Assembly: GCA_963782915.1 (NCBI GenBank)
Contig: CAWALK010000024.1
Location: 64,001 to 128,000, forward strand
DNA length: 64,000 nt
Source of the DNA: an uncultured archaeon
Lineage (GTDB): Archaea; Thermoproteota; Bathyarchaeia; Bathyarchaeales; Bathycorpusculaceae
Reading direction: 5' to 3'
Part shown: positions 21,790-32,405 of the stretch, one piece after another
Layout: every line of letters starts with the position of its first letter
Position numbering within the stretch: the stretch's first letter is position 1
Notes under the pieces: generated by a model
What the model saw: the letters and a program-made list of their open reading frames with translations, nothing else
What the model was told of the DNA's origin: nothing
Database searches by the model: none
Translations under genes and position numbers: made by a program

Positions 21790-22173
21790 GTGGATGAGTG
21801 TGTTATGAGCATTAATGGCGTTTCTATTTCGTATGAGCCCTTTAAAGAAATTGTGATTATGGAGAAAACCCGTTTTGGCAGCGCTGAAGAGATTGCGCGT
21901 TTTACCTCGGTTATTGCCGGGGGTAAGTTGGCGGGGCTTTACTGGGTTGAGGGCGTTGTGTTTTTGTATTTCCCACTCACCGCATCCAACACCGCAGTAG
22001 CCAAGGAACTGCTCGAAAAACGGCGTGTTTACTGGACTTTTGTCGGTTATGCACCCATGCCACGGTATCTTCCAACGATTGAGACTAAGGAGAAGATGAT
22101 TGTTCCGGTCGTGGATATTTCAACTGACCCGATTTTGAAGTCAGTTGCGCTGTGGCTAAAAGAACAACCATAA
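21790..22173 (+). CDS. Conserved hypothetical protein
   Basis: PFKEIVIME, LYWVEGVVF, YAPMP.Y, VPVVD resemble a TACK-conserved family (recognition only). Confidence 0.65.
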   Translation: MDECVMSINGVSISYEPFKEIVIMEKTRFGSAEEIARFTSVIAGGKLAGLYWVEGVVFLYFPLTASNTAVAKELLEKRRVYWTFVGYAPMPRYLPTIETKEKMIVPVVDISTDPILKSVALWLKEQP

Positions 22174-22187
22174 AACTGTGAAGGCTT

Positions 22188-22577
22188 TTGCCTCCTCTAT
22201 CTTTTGAGGGCAGAATCTATTCGGGCAAGGGTACAGGAAAAACTTTTGTTGCCCTACCATGGGTCAAAACGCAGGTAGAGCAGAAACTCGGTTTTACACC
22301 TTACCCAGGCACCTTAAACTTACGTTTAACAGAAGAAGCTAAACTGAAAAGAAAATTGTTGGAACCCAAAAAAGGGTTGCGCATAGAACCCCAAAGGGGC
22401 TACTACGCCGGCGTCCTATTCAGGGCATCGATTGAGTGCTTGGAATGCGCTGTTGTGGTTCCGTTGATGCCCAATTACCCCGGCGACGTTTTAGAAATCA
22501 TTTCGCCGCTTTATTTAAGGGGAAAATTGGGGTTGATGGATGGCAGTTTGGTAACTGTTTGTGTTACCGTTTTTTAG
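22188..22577 (+). CDS. ribK: CTP-dependent riboflavin kinase
   Basis: SGKG.G, KLGFTPYPGTLN, LEIISP.YLR.KL.L.DG. Confidence 0.9.
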   Translation: MPPLSFEGRIYSGKGTGKTFVALPWVKTQVEQKLGFTPYPGTLNLRLTEEAKLKRKLLEPKKGLRIEPQRGYYAGVLFRASIECLECAVVVPLMPNYPGDVLEIISPLYLRGKLGLMDGSLVTVCVTVF

Positions 22578-24079
22578 CTTGGGTTGGCGCTGCACATTTT
22601 TTGAAGTTGGCAACGTATGCTTCTAGTGCGCCGTTTTTGGTGAGGTATTCGCCGTACCAGACTAGTGCTCTCATGGCGCGTGCTGCATCTTCAGGTGAAC
22701 CGAAGCTTGGGTACGCATAATCTGTCGAAGCGGCTGCGGGTGTAGAGTGCCATTTCTGTTTCGCCGATGTCAACCATAACGATGGGTTTGGTGTATTTTT
22801 CGCTCACTGCTGCGATGTCGTCGATGTATTTCTCTTTGAGGCCTGGCATATGGTGGAGTCCGAGTAGGATGATGCCGTAGGTGTCTTTGTCTTGGAACAT
22901 GATATCAGCTGACATGGTGAATTGGTCGTCGGTAACTGAACCTGTTAAGTCGACTGGGTTGTGTGTGGCTGCGATTTGCAGGATTAAACCTTGCTTTTTG
23001 AGTTCTTCGAATTTAGCGTCGGTTTCTGGGCAGAAGTGATCAGCAGTTAAACCCTGAGTTTCTAATTCGTCAACGGTCATGACTCCGGGTCCGCCTGCAT
23101 CAGTTAAGATGCCGATGTTTCGGCCGGTTGCTGGAGGCTGCATGGCTAAGGCTTTGCCGATGTCGAAGAATTCTTCCATGCTATGGGCACGGATAACTCC
23201 GCATTGCTCAAACGCTGCTTCGTACACTTTGTCGGAACCGGCGATGGCGCCTGTGTGGGATGCTGCTGCTCGTGCACCTGCGCTGCTGCGGCCTGACTTG
23301 ATAACGACTACGGGTTTTTTGAGGGTAACTTGCTTGGCGATTCTTATGAAGTCGCGTCCGCTTTTAACATCTTCGAGATAGACCAAGATGACTTTGGTTT
23401 CGTCGTCATGTTGGAGATAGTCGAGTATGTCGGATTCGCTGACGTCGGATTTGTTGCCGAATGATACGAATTTGGAGACACCCATCTGGCGACCGGTCAA
23501 ATAGTCCAGTGCTGCTGAACCGAAAGCGCCGCTTTGCGTAATCATGGCGATGCTTCCCGGCATAGGACGTGGAGTTGCAACGACTTCTTCGCCTGTGCTG
23601 AGGGTTTTCATTTCGGGTAGGAATAATGTGTCGACTCCGCTCTTGGAGTAGAAGACGCCTAAGCAGTTGGGGCCTAAAACGCGGATGTTGCCTTTTTTGG
23701 CGATAGCGATAACGTCATCTTCGAGTTCTTTGTTGCCGACTTCTTTGAAGCCAGCTGTGATTATGACTGCTGTCTTAACCTTCTTTGCGACAGCTTCCTC
23801 CATGACGGAGGCAACATATTTGGCCGGAACAATAATAACGATTAAGTCAATTTCGCTCTCAGGAACCTTAGTTAAACTTTCGAAGCATTTGAACCCTAAA
23901 ATGGAGTCTTCTCCGGGGTTAACTGGGTAGAGTTCGCCTTTGAAGACGCTTCGCTGCTTGTTTGTAGCTAAATTTTTAAATATGACGTAGCCAGCTTTGC
24001 CAACTTTTTTGGTTGCGCCGATGACTGCGACTGACTTTGGATTAAAGAACGCATCTATCCTTTGTAGTGATTCTTCCAT
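22564..24079 (-). CDS. acdA: ADP-forming acetate/acyl-CoA ligase alpha subunit (frameshift near 22710)
   Basis: PKSVAVIGA, GPNCLG, TQSGAFG, SFGNKSD, AAASHTGAIAG (phospho-His), NPVDLTG. Confidence 0.9.
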
Positions 24080-24182
24080 GTGTGATCCCTTGTGTTTCCG
24101 CATAAGGCTTGCAAGCCAATTTTTATGTCTTACTCTTCAAAAAGGCTTTTTTTAGCTAAATCACTAATAAATTTTTGTAGTA

Positions 24183-25034
24183 TCAACTTTTCTGTATGGT
24201 TTTTCTTACGATTACAAGCGGCTTATGCGCGACCCCGCTGAGCATCTCCCAAGTGACCAAATTTATGTCCACTTTAAAGCGGGCAGCCATATCCCACACC
24301 GTCGCCCCCGACCCAGGACCCCTCGCACGGTCAGCAATGTTAGTAATCGTCAAAGCCTCACCCGCAGAAAGCCTGCATCCCGCCACCGCCAGCGGCGTTG
24401 AGCTCCTTTTCAACCCAAACATCCTGCCTAGCACGTAAGTGAAGACGCCGCCGAAAGAATGTATACCCCTGAGCGGGTTGGGGCGTGGAGTGAAATAGAA
24501 GTTGCGGAACCTGTAGGTTTTGTCGGTGTCGGCGATAACTACACAGACGCTTTTGCCCAACTGTTTTTGGATCTGCTCTTGAATTTTCTGCGCTAATTCG
24601 TCCGCATTACTTAGCGGCAAACTAACAAAAGAATAAGCCAAATTGGAACCATCAATGCCCCCCTCCGAACCAAACAACAGCGCCCCCAAGAGCCCTGCAT
24701 ACTCCAACGCAACCTGCTTGTGTTTGCTTCCGGATTCTAAGGGGTATTCACGCAGGCGCTTCAGAAGCCGATGGCCAAAACCGCAGAGAAAACCAAGCGG
24801 ATACCCCCACATTTTACGCATCCAGAAATCTGCAATGAATCTGGCATTTCGGCTCGGCGCAACACAACTTTCATCAACAATTTTACCCGTCGCCACCGCC
24901 AACGCCTTCTCAGAAACCACAACAAAATCCCCATCCAAAACCCGCCCATCCAGCGCGCCCATTATTTTGTAGAGGTAAGCTTCGTTTGGTCTCCAGTAAC
25001 CGGTTGCAAGTGCCAAAGCAGAGTACTTAGTCAT
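24183..25034 (-). CDS. CofE (F420-0:L-glutamate ligase)-like protein
   Basis: GDFVVVSEKA, GGIDGSN, VVIADTD motifs. Confidence 0.7.
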   Translation of the reverse strand: MTKYSALALATGYWRPNEAYLYKIMGALDGRVLDGDFVVVSEKALAVATGKIVDESCVAPSRNARFIADFWMRKMWGYPLGFLCGFGHRLLKRLREYPLESGSKHKQVALEYAGLLGALLFGSEGGIDGSNLAYSFVSLPLSNADELAQKIQEQIQKQLGKSVCVVIADTDKTYRFRNFYFTPRPNPLRGIHSFGGVFTYVLGRMFGLKRSSTPLAVAGCRLSAGEALTITNIADRARGPGSGATVWDMAARFKVDINLVTWEMLSGVAHKPLVIVRKTIQKS

Positions 25035-25084
25035 TCTGTGCCCGAATGCAAAAGCGAGCTTTCGCCTAATAAGAGTTAGTAATG

Positions 25085-26140
25085 CTAAAACAAGGCGTAT
25101 GGGAATCGTTGGTTGTTCTGGTATAGTTTACCTTTTATCGGAATTGCCTGTCCGCAGACGGGACAGTGCATATCGTCGGTTAGGTTCCATTGGGTAATGT
25201 CAAACGCATTGCGCCTAATAACAGCCGTATCACACGTAGGGCAATATGTGTTTTCAGCGGCGTGGCCCGGTACGTTACCGATGTAGACATAATGCAGACC
25301 CTGATTTTTGGCGGTCAACAGAGCCATCTCCATCTCTTTCACGCTGGTCGCGGGGGTAGCGGACATTTTGTATTCAGGATGGAACCGTAACAGGTGTAGT
25401 GGCGTGTCTTTGCCGAGGTTATCGTGTATCCAAGCGGCTAATTCTCTGATTCGATCCATTGAATCGCCTGTTTTGGGTACAACTAGGTTGGTGAGTTCTA
25501 TGTGGACGCCGCTGATTCTGAGTTCTTTTAGGCATTCAAAGATGGGTTTAACGTCCGGGACGCCCATGACGGATTTGTAGAAGTCTGGGTCAGCGCCGCC
25601 TTTGAAATCCACCGTCACTGCATCCAAGTAGGGCGCAATGGTTTTCACAGCTTCAGGCGTCATATAGCCATTGGTTACAAAAGTGTTGAATAACCCCGCT
25701 TCCTTCGCCAACTTTGCAGTGTCGTAAGCATACTCCATGAAGATTGTAGGTTCCGTATAGGTGTAGCTTATGCCTTGGCAACCCGCATTTTGGGCTGCTT
25801 TAATTATTTCTTCCGGAGGCAAGGGATTGCCTGGGGCTTCGTGATCTTGGCTTATCATCCAGTTGTCGCAGAATTGGCAGCGGAAGTTGCATCCGGCAGC
25901 CGCAACCGACATCACCAACGCGCCGGGGTTGAAGTGTGAGAGGGGTTTTTTGCCGATTGGGTCTACGCCTGCAGAGACGGCCTTGCCATAGTTTAGGGTG
26001 AAAAGCGTTCCGCCTTCGTTTTTGCGGACTAAACAGAAGCCTGGTGCTCCGTCACTGATTAAACAACGTCGTGCGCATAGGCAACATTTGACTTTGCCTT
26101 CTTCTTGGCGGGTGTAGAGCATGGCTTCATTAAGGGACAT
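25085..26140 (-). CDS. amrS: AmmeMemoRadiSam-system radical SAM enzyme
   Basis: N-terminal C..CARRC, DPI.KKPL.HF.PG, GCNFRCQFCDNW.ISQ, YTYTEP, YVYIGNV.G. Confidence 0.9.
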   Translation of the reverse strand: MSLNEAMLYTRQEEGKVKCCLCARRCLISDGAPGFCLVRKNEGGTLFTLNYGKAVSAGVDPIGKKPLSHFNPGALVMSVAAAGCNFRCQFCDNWMISQDHEAPGNPLPPEEIIKAAQNAGCQGISYTYTEPTIFMEYAYDTAKLAKEAGLFNTFVTNGYMTPEAVKTIAPYLDAVTVDFKGGADPDFYKSVMGVPDVKPIFECLKELRISGVHIELTNLVVPKTGDSMDRIRELAAWIHDNLGKDTPLHLLRFHPEYKMSATPATSVKEMEMALLTAKNQGLHYVYIGNVPGHAAENTYCPTCDTAVIRRNAFDITQWNLTDDMHCPVCGQAIPIKGKLYQNNQRFPYALF

Positions 26141-26207
26141 AAATGATCACAAGAGAATAGAGCAGGTTTTGTTTAAAAGGATTAACTACAAGGGGCTACA
26201 CGTTATA

Positions 26208-26546
26208 TTATTCAGAATGCGTCATTAGATCCTGCACTTGTTTCTTCAGGTTAGGCAGGTCTTCTTTAACAGTCTTCCAGACCAACGGTAAATTTACACC
26301 GAAATATACGTGAATCAGTTTATCACGCATTCCAGCAATGTCTTTCCAATTTATCTCAGAACAGCCCTTCTTCAAGTCTGGGCTTAAGTTCTTGGTAGCT
26401 TCACCGATTACTTCCAATCCGCGAAGAACCGCATACTGTTTCTCCCTATTTTTAAGAAAATTCTCTTTTGATAGTCCTTGTATAAATTGCTCTATATCGC
26501 AAATTGTGTCCAAGATGTGTTTCAGGTAGATGGCGTTATTTTTCAT
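26208..26546 (-). CDS. HepT/DUF86 HEPN ribonuclease toxin
   Basis: AVLR.LEVIGEATK, W..IAGMRDKLIH.YFGV (RX4H). Confidence 0.9.
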   Translation of the reverse strand: MKNNAIYLKHILDTICDIEQFIQGLSKENFLKNREKQYAVLRGLEVIGEATKNLSPDLKKGCSEINWKDIAGMRDKLIHVYFGVNLPLVWKTVKEDLPNLKKQVQDLMTHSE

Positions 26547-26862
26547 AGATAACGCACATCTCATTTTTCACATCATCAATTATGTAAGGATGCAAACTAC
26601 TGAATATTCCAAGGTCAACTTTGCGTTTGAAAATCTTACCTAACTCATTTTCTAGATGAATTAGGTCCAAAAGAGTTTTCTCCTTACTCGGATCGAATTC
26701 AATAGCAATATCAACATCGCTTCCTCTATGCTGCTCGCCTCTAACAAAAGAACCGAAAACTGCCAAAAAAATAACATCATTTTTACTGCAAATATCGGTG
26801 AGTTTTTTCTCTAAACCGCTTGTTCTTAGGGGTTTAGGCAGCTTTTTGATTTGGATTTCCAT
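26536..26862 (-). CDS. MNT minimal nucleotidyltransferase antitoxin
   Basis: FGSFVRGEQ..SDVD, RKVDL; overlaps the HEPN gene. Confidence 0.9.
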   Translation of the reverse strand: MEIQIKKLPKPLRTSGLEKKLTDICSKNDVIFLAVFGSFVRGEQHRGSDVDIAIEFDPSKEKTLLDLIHLENELGKIFKRKVDLGIFSSLHPYIIDDVKNEMCVIYEK

Positions 26863-26927
26863 GGTTAGTCAATAGGTAATGTGGAGACATAAGCTTTTTC
26901 AAATTCAAATGAAAAAAGAAGCTCTTT

Positions 26928-27266
26928 TTAGAGCAGTTTGTTGTAGAAACAGCTGTATTCGCCTGTGTGGCACGCCGGACCCTTCTGCTCAACTACATAG
27001 AGTAGCGAGTCGTAGTCGCAGTCTGTGGATACGGAGATGACTTTTTGGGTGTTGCCGCTGGTTTCGCCTTTGACCCAGATTTCGTTGCGGCTTCGGCTCC
27101 AGTAAGTGGCTTTCTTGGTTTTTAGGGTAAGTTCTACTGCTTCTTTGTTGGCGAATGCCTGCATTAAGATCGCATTTGTTTTGGCGTCCTGCACTATGAC
27201 TGGGATAAGGCCGTTGCCCTTAGTGAAATCTAGCTTTGCGAGCAATTCGGTTTGATTGGTTGTCAT
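26928..27266 (-). CDS. hisI: Phosphoribosyl-AMP cyclohydrolase
   Basis: YWSRSR..W.KGETSG, DCD.D.LL, ACHTG..SCF. Confidence 0.95.
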   Translation of the reverse strand: MTTNQTELLAKLDFTKGNGLIPVIVQDAKTNAILMQAFANKEAVELTLKTKKATYWSRSRNEIWVKGETSGNTQKVISVSTDCDYDSLLYVVEQKGPACHTGEYSCFYNKLL

Positions 27267-28066
27267 TGTCTTATAGTCACCCCCATCTTGCGCAAGTAAT
27301 CTTTAACGACTGGAACGGGGTACTGGTTGTAGTGGAATATGGAAGCTGCTAATGCGGCGTCGGCTTTGCCCTCTGTGAAGACGTCGTAGAGGTGTTTGGG
27401 TATGCCTGCGCCCCCGCTGGCGATGACGGGTACGTTGACGCGTTCGGATATGGCGCGGGTTAATTCGATGTCGTAGCCGTCTTTTGTGCCGTCACGGTCC
27501 ATTGAGGTGACTAAGAATTCGCCTGCTCCAAGCTTTTCAGCCTGCATTGCCCAAGCTACTGCGTCGATGCCTGTCGGTTTTCTGCCGCCATACGTGTTAA
27601 CTTCGAACCAAACCTTACCCTCGGCGGTGTCAAACATGAGTTTTCCGTCAGTTGGGGTGCGGTTGCGTTTCGCATCTATGGCGATTACGACGCATTGCCG
27701 ACCGAAAACGTCAGCTAACTCAGTAATAACTGGGGGATTTTCTATTGCGGCTGTGTTGACCGACACTTTATCCGCGCCGCTGCACAGGACGTTTCTTGCA
27801 TCTGACACAGAACGAATTCCTCCGCCGACAGTAAACGGTATACTGATAGCTTTGGCGACGCCTTCCACATATTGGCGCATAATATCGCGTTTCTCATGAG
27901 AAGCGGTGATGTCGAGGAAAACCAATTCGTCTGCGCCTTCGTCGCTGTAGCGCTTCGCCATTTCAACAGGGTCGCCTGCGTGTGTGAGTTGCAGGAAATT
28001 TATGCCCTTCACTACTTTTCCATGGTCAACGTCGAGGCAGGGTACGATTCTTTTTGCAAGCGGCAT
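27263..28066 (-). CDS. hisF: Imidazole glycerol phosphate synthase cyclase subunit
   Basis: [43 protein letters not shown]. Confidence 0.96.
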   Translation of the reverse strand: MPLAKRIVPCLDVDHGKVVKGINFLQLTHAGDPVEMAKRYSDEGADELVFLDITASHEKRDIMRQYVEGVAKAISIPFTVGGGIRSVSDARNVLCSGADKVSVNTAAIENPPVITELADVFGRQCVVIAIDAKRNRTPTDGKLMFDTAEGKVWFEVNTYGGRKPTGIDAVAWAMQAEKLGAGEFLVTSMDRDGTKDGYDIELTRAISERVNVPVIASGGAGIPKHLYDVFTEGKADAALAASIFHYNQYPVPVVKDYLRKMGVTIRQ

Positions 28067-28069
28067 ACT

Positions 28070-28795
28070 TTAGGCTCCTATCTTCGCTAAGGCTTCTTTT
28101 AGAGTGAATCGTCCTTCATATAGGGCTTTGCCGATGACTGCGCCTTCGCACCCGATTTCTTTAAGGGCTGCTAAGTCGCCGATGCTGCCGATTCCGCCTG
28201 CCGCGATGATTTTGGCGCCGGGGTACATGATTGCACTGCTTAGGGTTTGCAGGTCGGGTCCGTTTAGCATGCCGTCTTGGGCGATAGATGTAATTAGGAA
28301 AGTGTGGACGTCAAGCAGGCTATATTTTTCCAGTGCATGGTCGACTGTCATGGCGGTTTCTGTTTGCCAACCCTCAACCATAATGCGCCCTTCCTTGTTG
28401 TCTAAGGCGACTATGACGGAGTCGGGTCCGAATCGTTTTTGGATTTTTGTGATGACTGAGGGGTCGCTGAAGGCTAAGGAGCCTAAGATGACTTGGGCTA
28501 TGCCTGTTTTGAGAAGGTTCTCAGCGATTTCGTAGCTGCGGATTCCGCCTCCGACTTGAATGGGTAACGAAACGTTTTTTGCTACTTCAGCCATGACTGC
28601 ACGGTTGTCGCCGATGCTAAAGGCTGCGTCTAAATCGATTATGTGAAGTTTTCCTGCGCCCTCATCTCGCCAGCGTTCTGCGGCTTGGAGGGGGGTACCG
28701 AATTCTGTTTCGTAGCTTTTGGCGGTTTCTGCTTTGCCCTTCGTTAAGCGGACAATTTTGCCGCCCATAAGGTCTATTGCTGGAATAAGCTGCAT
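28070..28795 (-). CDS. hisA: ProFAR isomerase
   Basis: IPAIDL..G..VRL, LH.IDLD, QVGGGIR, DG.L.GP, GKALYEG. Confidence 0.95.
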   Translation of the reverse strand: MQLIPAIDLMGGKIVRLTKGKAETAKSYETEFGTPLQAAERWRDEGAGKLHIIDLDAAFSIGDNRAVMAEVAKNVSLPIQVGGGIRSYEIAENLLKTGIAQVILGSLAFSDPSVITKIQKRFGPDSVIVALDNKEGRIMVEGWQTETAMTVDHALEKYSLLDVHTFLITSIAQDGMLNGPDLQTLSSAIMYPGAKIIAAGGIGSIGDLAALKEIGCEGAVIGKALYEGRFTLKEALAKIGA

Positions 28796-28800
28796 CAGTA

Positions 28801-29408
28801 TCACCTAACAACGAGGTTGGCGAAGTTCTTTAGGATTTTGAGTCCGACATCGCCTGATTTTTCGGGGTGGAACTGTGTGCCGTAGATGTTGTCTTTGGCG
28901 ACTGCTGAGGTGAAGGTGGTGCCGTACTCGGTTTTGGTAATGATGATAGCTTGGGTCTTTGGGCACGGGGTAGAGTGAGTGTACAAAGTAGACGTAGGTG
29001 CCCTCTTGGATGCCGTCGAGGAGTTCGTTGGGTTTGACGATGTTTAGTGTGTTCCATCCCATATGGGGCACTTTGACGGTTTTGGGGAGCGTTGCGACGT
29101 TGCCTTTGAAGAATGCTAAGCCAGCGCCGGGGCCTTCCTCGCTGGATTCAAAGAACAGCTGCATTCCGAGGCAGATACCAAGGAGTGGGGTGCCTTCCGA
29201 CACTTTAGTCTGCAATATTTCTTTTACAGTGTCGAGTTTGGTTCAAGTGCGGCGGTGAAGCTTCCGACACCAGGCAACGCAATCGCATCAGCTTTGCTAA
29301 ATCTGCGGCAGTGGTGCCGATTGTGACGGATAAACCCGCCTTCTCCAACGCGGTTTTGAGGCTAAGCAGGTTTCCTACGCCGTAATCAAAGATGACTGCG
29401 TTTGCCAT
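28801..29408 (-). CDS. hisH: Imidazole glycerol phosphate synthase glutamine amidotransferase (frameshifts)
   Basis: [37 protein letters not shown]. Confidence 0.93.
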
Positions 29409-29987
29409 TTAGATGACGCCTTTGCTGCTGGGTACGCCTTTGCGTCGGGGGTCCATGGTGGCTGCTTGTCGAAGTGAGAGTGCGAGCGCCTTGGTGGCGG
29501 CTTCTGCTTTGTGGTGGTCGTTGCTGCCGTACTCGACGAAGATGTGTACGTTAGCATTGCAGGGCGGTTGGGTTAGGGATTCGAAGAAGTGCACTATGTC
29601 TTCGGTTGGCATTTCTTCTACTTTTTTGCCTCTGAGTTTGAGGTCGATTTTGAAGTAGGGACGTTTGACCAAGTCGACGGCGGCGAATGCGAGTGAGCAA
29701 TCCATGGGTGCGGCTGCGTTGCCAAAGCGTGTGATGCCTTCGCGTGTGCCCAGCGCTTTGTTTAGGGCTTCGCCTAAGCCGAGTGCGAGGTCTTCGACCA
29801 TGTGGTGGACGAAGTCACCTTTGACGGAGGCGTCTATGTCGATTAGGCTGTGTGTAGCCAGTGAGGTGAGCATGTGGTCTAGGAACGGCACGGATGTGGA
29901 GATGTCTGTTTTTCCTTCGCCGTCTAAGTTGACTTTGACTTTTACTTCGGTTTCTTTGGTTTTACGGTAAACCTCTTCGGTCCTCAT
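29409..29987 (-). CDS. hisB: Imidazoleglycerol-phosphate dehydratase
   Basis: R.TKET, FLDHML, HH.VED, PMD, NDHH.AEA..KA, VPSSKG. Confidence 0.95.
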   Translation of the reverse strand: MRTEEVYRKTKETEVKVKVNLDGEGKTDISTSVPFLDHMLTSLATHSLIDIDASVKGDFVHHMVEDLALGLGEALNKALGTREGITRFGNAAAPMDCSLAFAAVDLVKRPYFKIDLKLRGKKVEEMPTEDIVHFFESLTQPPCNANVHIFVEYGSNDHHKAEAATKALALSLRQAATMDPRRKGVPSSKGVI

Positions 29988-29988
29988 T

Positions 29989-31107
29989 TCAATCCCTCAT
30001 TATTTCCTTTAATGCTTCGATTAGTTTAGCGTTCATTTCAGGTAATCCGACAGTAACGCGGAAGCAGTTGTCGTATTGTAGCAGTTTGCCCCATTTCTTA
30101 AGCATAATACCCTTTTTGAGCAGCTTTGTGTAGACTTCGTCGGCCGGTTTCGCGGTGTTTATCAGTATGAAATCTGCCTGTGACGGAAACGCCTGGATAC
30201 CGTCTATTCCGTTTAGTGCATTTATGAATTTTCCCCGCTCAGCCACAAGCGCTCCGACAGCTGTACGCATGATATCCATGTTTTCGAGCATTTTGATGCC
30301 CATGCGAATCGTGAAACCCGACACCGGATAGGGCAACGGCGCTTTTTCGCGGATGACTCTGCATAACTCGGGGTTCGCAACTGCATAGCCCAACCGTAGC
30401 ATAGCTAATCCGAAAGCTTTGCTGAATGTTCGCAGGATAACCATGTTTGGGAACTCGCGGATGCGTGGCACGAAGCTGTAGTCGGCGAATTCGCCGTATG
30501 CTTCGTCGAGGATGACTATGCCTGGGAAGGCTTTGACTAGTTTTTCGACGTCTTCGGGTTTCATTTGGTTGGAGGTGGGGTTGTTTGGTGTGCAGAGGTA
30601 GAGCAGGCGAGTTTTCTCTGAAAACTCGGATAACATACCAGAGACGTCTAATTGGAAATCGCCTTTCAGTGGCACTGTGATGTATTCGCCCTCTTGACGC
30701 TTCACACAGAGCCGCGGAATGGCAAATGATGGCGCAAACGAGACTGCGACGTCGCCTTTTTCGATGAAGAGGCGGATTATGCGGTCGATTAATTCGTCGC
30801 CGGCGTTGCTAATCGCAAGGTAATCTGCGGGTACGCCGATGTAGCCGGTGAGTTTCTCTCGGAGTTTGGCTTCTTCGTCTTCGGGATACATGCGCAAATC
30901 GATTTCGTCGGCGAGCTGCTTCATCAAAGGTATCTGCTTGGAGCGGTCTACGAAGAGGTTCTCGTTAAAGTTCAGTTTAACAATTTTTGAGACGTCAACG
31001 CCCAGTTGCTCCGCTAAACCCTCCGGTGTAACGCCGGCGGAATAGCAGTCTATGGCGCCCAGTTTCTCCTGTTTTGCTTTGAACCATTTCTGGTAGGATT
31101 CGCTCAT
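29989..31107 (-). CDS. hisC: Histidinol-phosphate aminotransferase
   Basis: KLN.NEN, PNNPT, DEAY.EF, RTFSKAFGLA.LRLGY. Confidence 0.95.
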   Translation of the reverse strand: MSESYQKWFKAKQEKLGAIDCYSAGVTPEGLAEQLGVDVSKIVKLNFNENLFVDRSKQIPLMKQLADEIDLRMYPEDEEAKLREKLTGYIGVPADYLAISNAGDELIDRIIRLFIEKGDVAVSFAPSFAIPRLCVKRQEGEYITVPLKGDFQLDVSGMLSEFSEKTRLLYLCTPNNPTSNQMKPEDVEKLVKAFPGIVILDEAYGEFADYSFVPRIREFPNMVILRTFSKAFGLAMLRLGYAVANPELCRVIREKAPLPYPVSGFTIRMGIKMLENMDIMRTAVGALVAERGKFINALNGIDGIQAFPSQADFILINTAKPADEVYTKLLKKGIMLKKWGKLLQYDNCFRVTVGLPEMNAKLIEALKEIMRD

Positions 31108-32405
31108 TTGGTAAACCTTGCCTCTATTGCTTTGTAGTGATTTGGAAGATTCTCCGTGTCAGTTAAGACTTTGACTTGGGCTTTGACTTTTTCGAGACCT
31201 TCGCGTGAGCACTCGGCGATGCTGACTCGGCGCATGTAATCAATAGCAGATAATCCCGAGAAAGCCTTTGCAAACCCGCCTGTGGGTAAAACATGGTTGG
31301 TTCCGCTGGCGTAGTCGCTTAGCGGCACGGGGCTGTATTGTCCGATGAGGATTAGGCCTGCGACGAGTTTGTCTGCTAACAATTTGGCGTCGTTTGCCAT
31401 AACTTCGAGGTGTTCGGCGGCGAATTGGTTGGTTAATGCAACTGCTTCATCCATGGTTTCGCAGGTGATTATGAAGCCGTATTTGGTTAGTGACTCGGAG
31501 ATTTTGTCGGCTCTTGGAGCGGCTGCAGTGATTTTGCCGAGTTGCGCTTGCACTTGGACTGCGAGTTTGTCGGATGTTGTGATTAATGCGGCGACACTGT
31601 CGGTTCCGTGCTCTGCCTGCGAGATCATGTCGTAGGCGATTAAGCGTGCATCTGCGTATTGGTCGGCGAGGATTAGTACTTCGCTTGGGCCGGCAGGCAT
31701 GTCGATTGCTACGTCTTGGGAGGCAAGGACTTTTGCCATGGTGACGTATTTGCTGCCGGGTCCGACGATTTTGCGCACAGGCTTTATGGTTTCTGTGCCG
31801 TATGCGAGTGCGGCTATGGCTTGGGCTCCGCCGACTTTGTAGACTTCATTGACTCCGCAGATGTCAGCGGCGACAAGAACCAGCGGGTTAACTTTTCCTT
31901 CTGCATCGGAGGGGGAGCAGACAACTATGCGCGGTACGCCTGCAATTTTGGCTGGAACGGCCGTCATTACGACTGTGCTCGGATAAGCGGCTTGGCCGCC
32001 GGGGACATAGCATCCGACACTCTCAATCGGGCGCAGTACCGTTTGAACCATGATACCCTCGTTGAAGGCTTTAACTTCGGTTTGGCTGACTAACTGCTTC
32101 TGAAAAACGCTAACGCGTTGCTTCATGAACTCGATTGCAGCAACTTGGTCTTTGGTAACTTTGCTGTAGGCTTCCTGGATTTCTTCGGGGCTGGCTTTGA
32201 GGGTTGCTGGAGTGAGTGTGGCTTTGTCGAAGCGGAGCGCAAACTCCAGCAGCGCAGCGTCGCCGTCGGTTTTGACTTGAGCCATAATGGCTTTAACGGT
32301 GGCTTCGAGATCAGCAGTGGCTTTCTGGTCCGCCTGCTGGCGCTTAAACCAGTCGGATGGCAGCTGTTTTGAATTCCAAACTTTTACGGTTGACCCGTTT
32401 TGCAT
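31104..32405 (-). CDS. hisD: Histidinol dehydrogenase
   Basis: GCYVPGG.A.YPS, GGAQAIAALAYGT, IDMPAGPSE, SQAEH, AAEHL, DYASGTNHVLPT. Confidence 0.96.
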   Translation of the reverse strand: MQNGSTVKVWNSKQLPSDWFKRQQADQKATADLEATVKAIMAQVKTDGDAALLEFALRFDKATLTPATLKASPEEIQEAYSKVTKDQVAAIEFMKQRVSVFQKQLVSQTEVKAFNEGIMVQTVLRPIESVGCYVPGGQAAYPSTVVMTAVPAKIAGVPRIVVCSPSDAEGKVNPLVLVAADICGVNEVYKVGGAQAIAALAYGTETIKPVRKIVGPGSKYVTMAKVLASQDVAIDMPAGPSEVLILADQYADARLIAYDMISQAEHGTDSVAALITTSDKLAVQVQAQLGKITAAAPRADKISESLTKYGFIITCETMDEAVALTNQFAAEHLEVMANDAKLLADKLVAGLILIGQYSPVPLSDYASGTNHVLPTGGFAKAFSGLSAIDYMRRVSIAECSREGLEKVKAQVKVLTDTENLPNHYKAIEARFTK

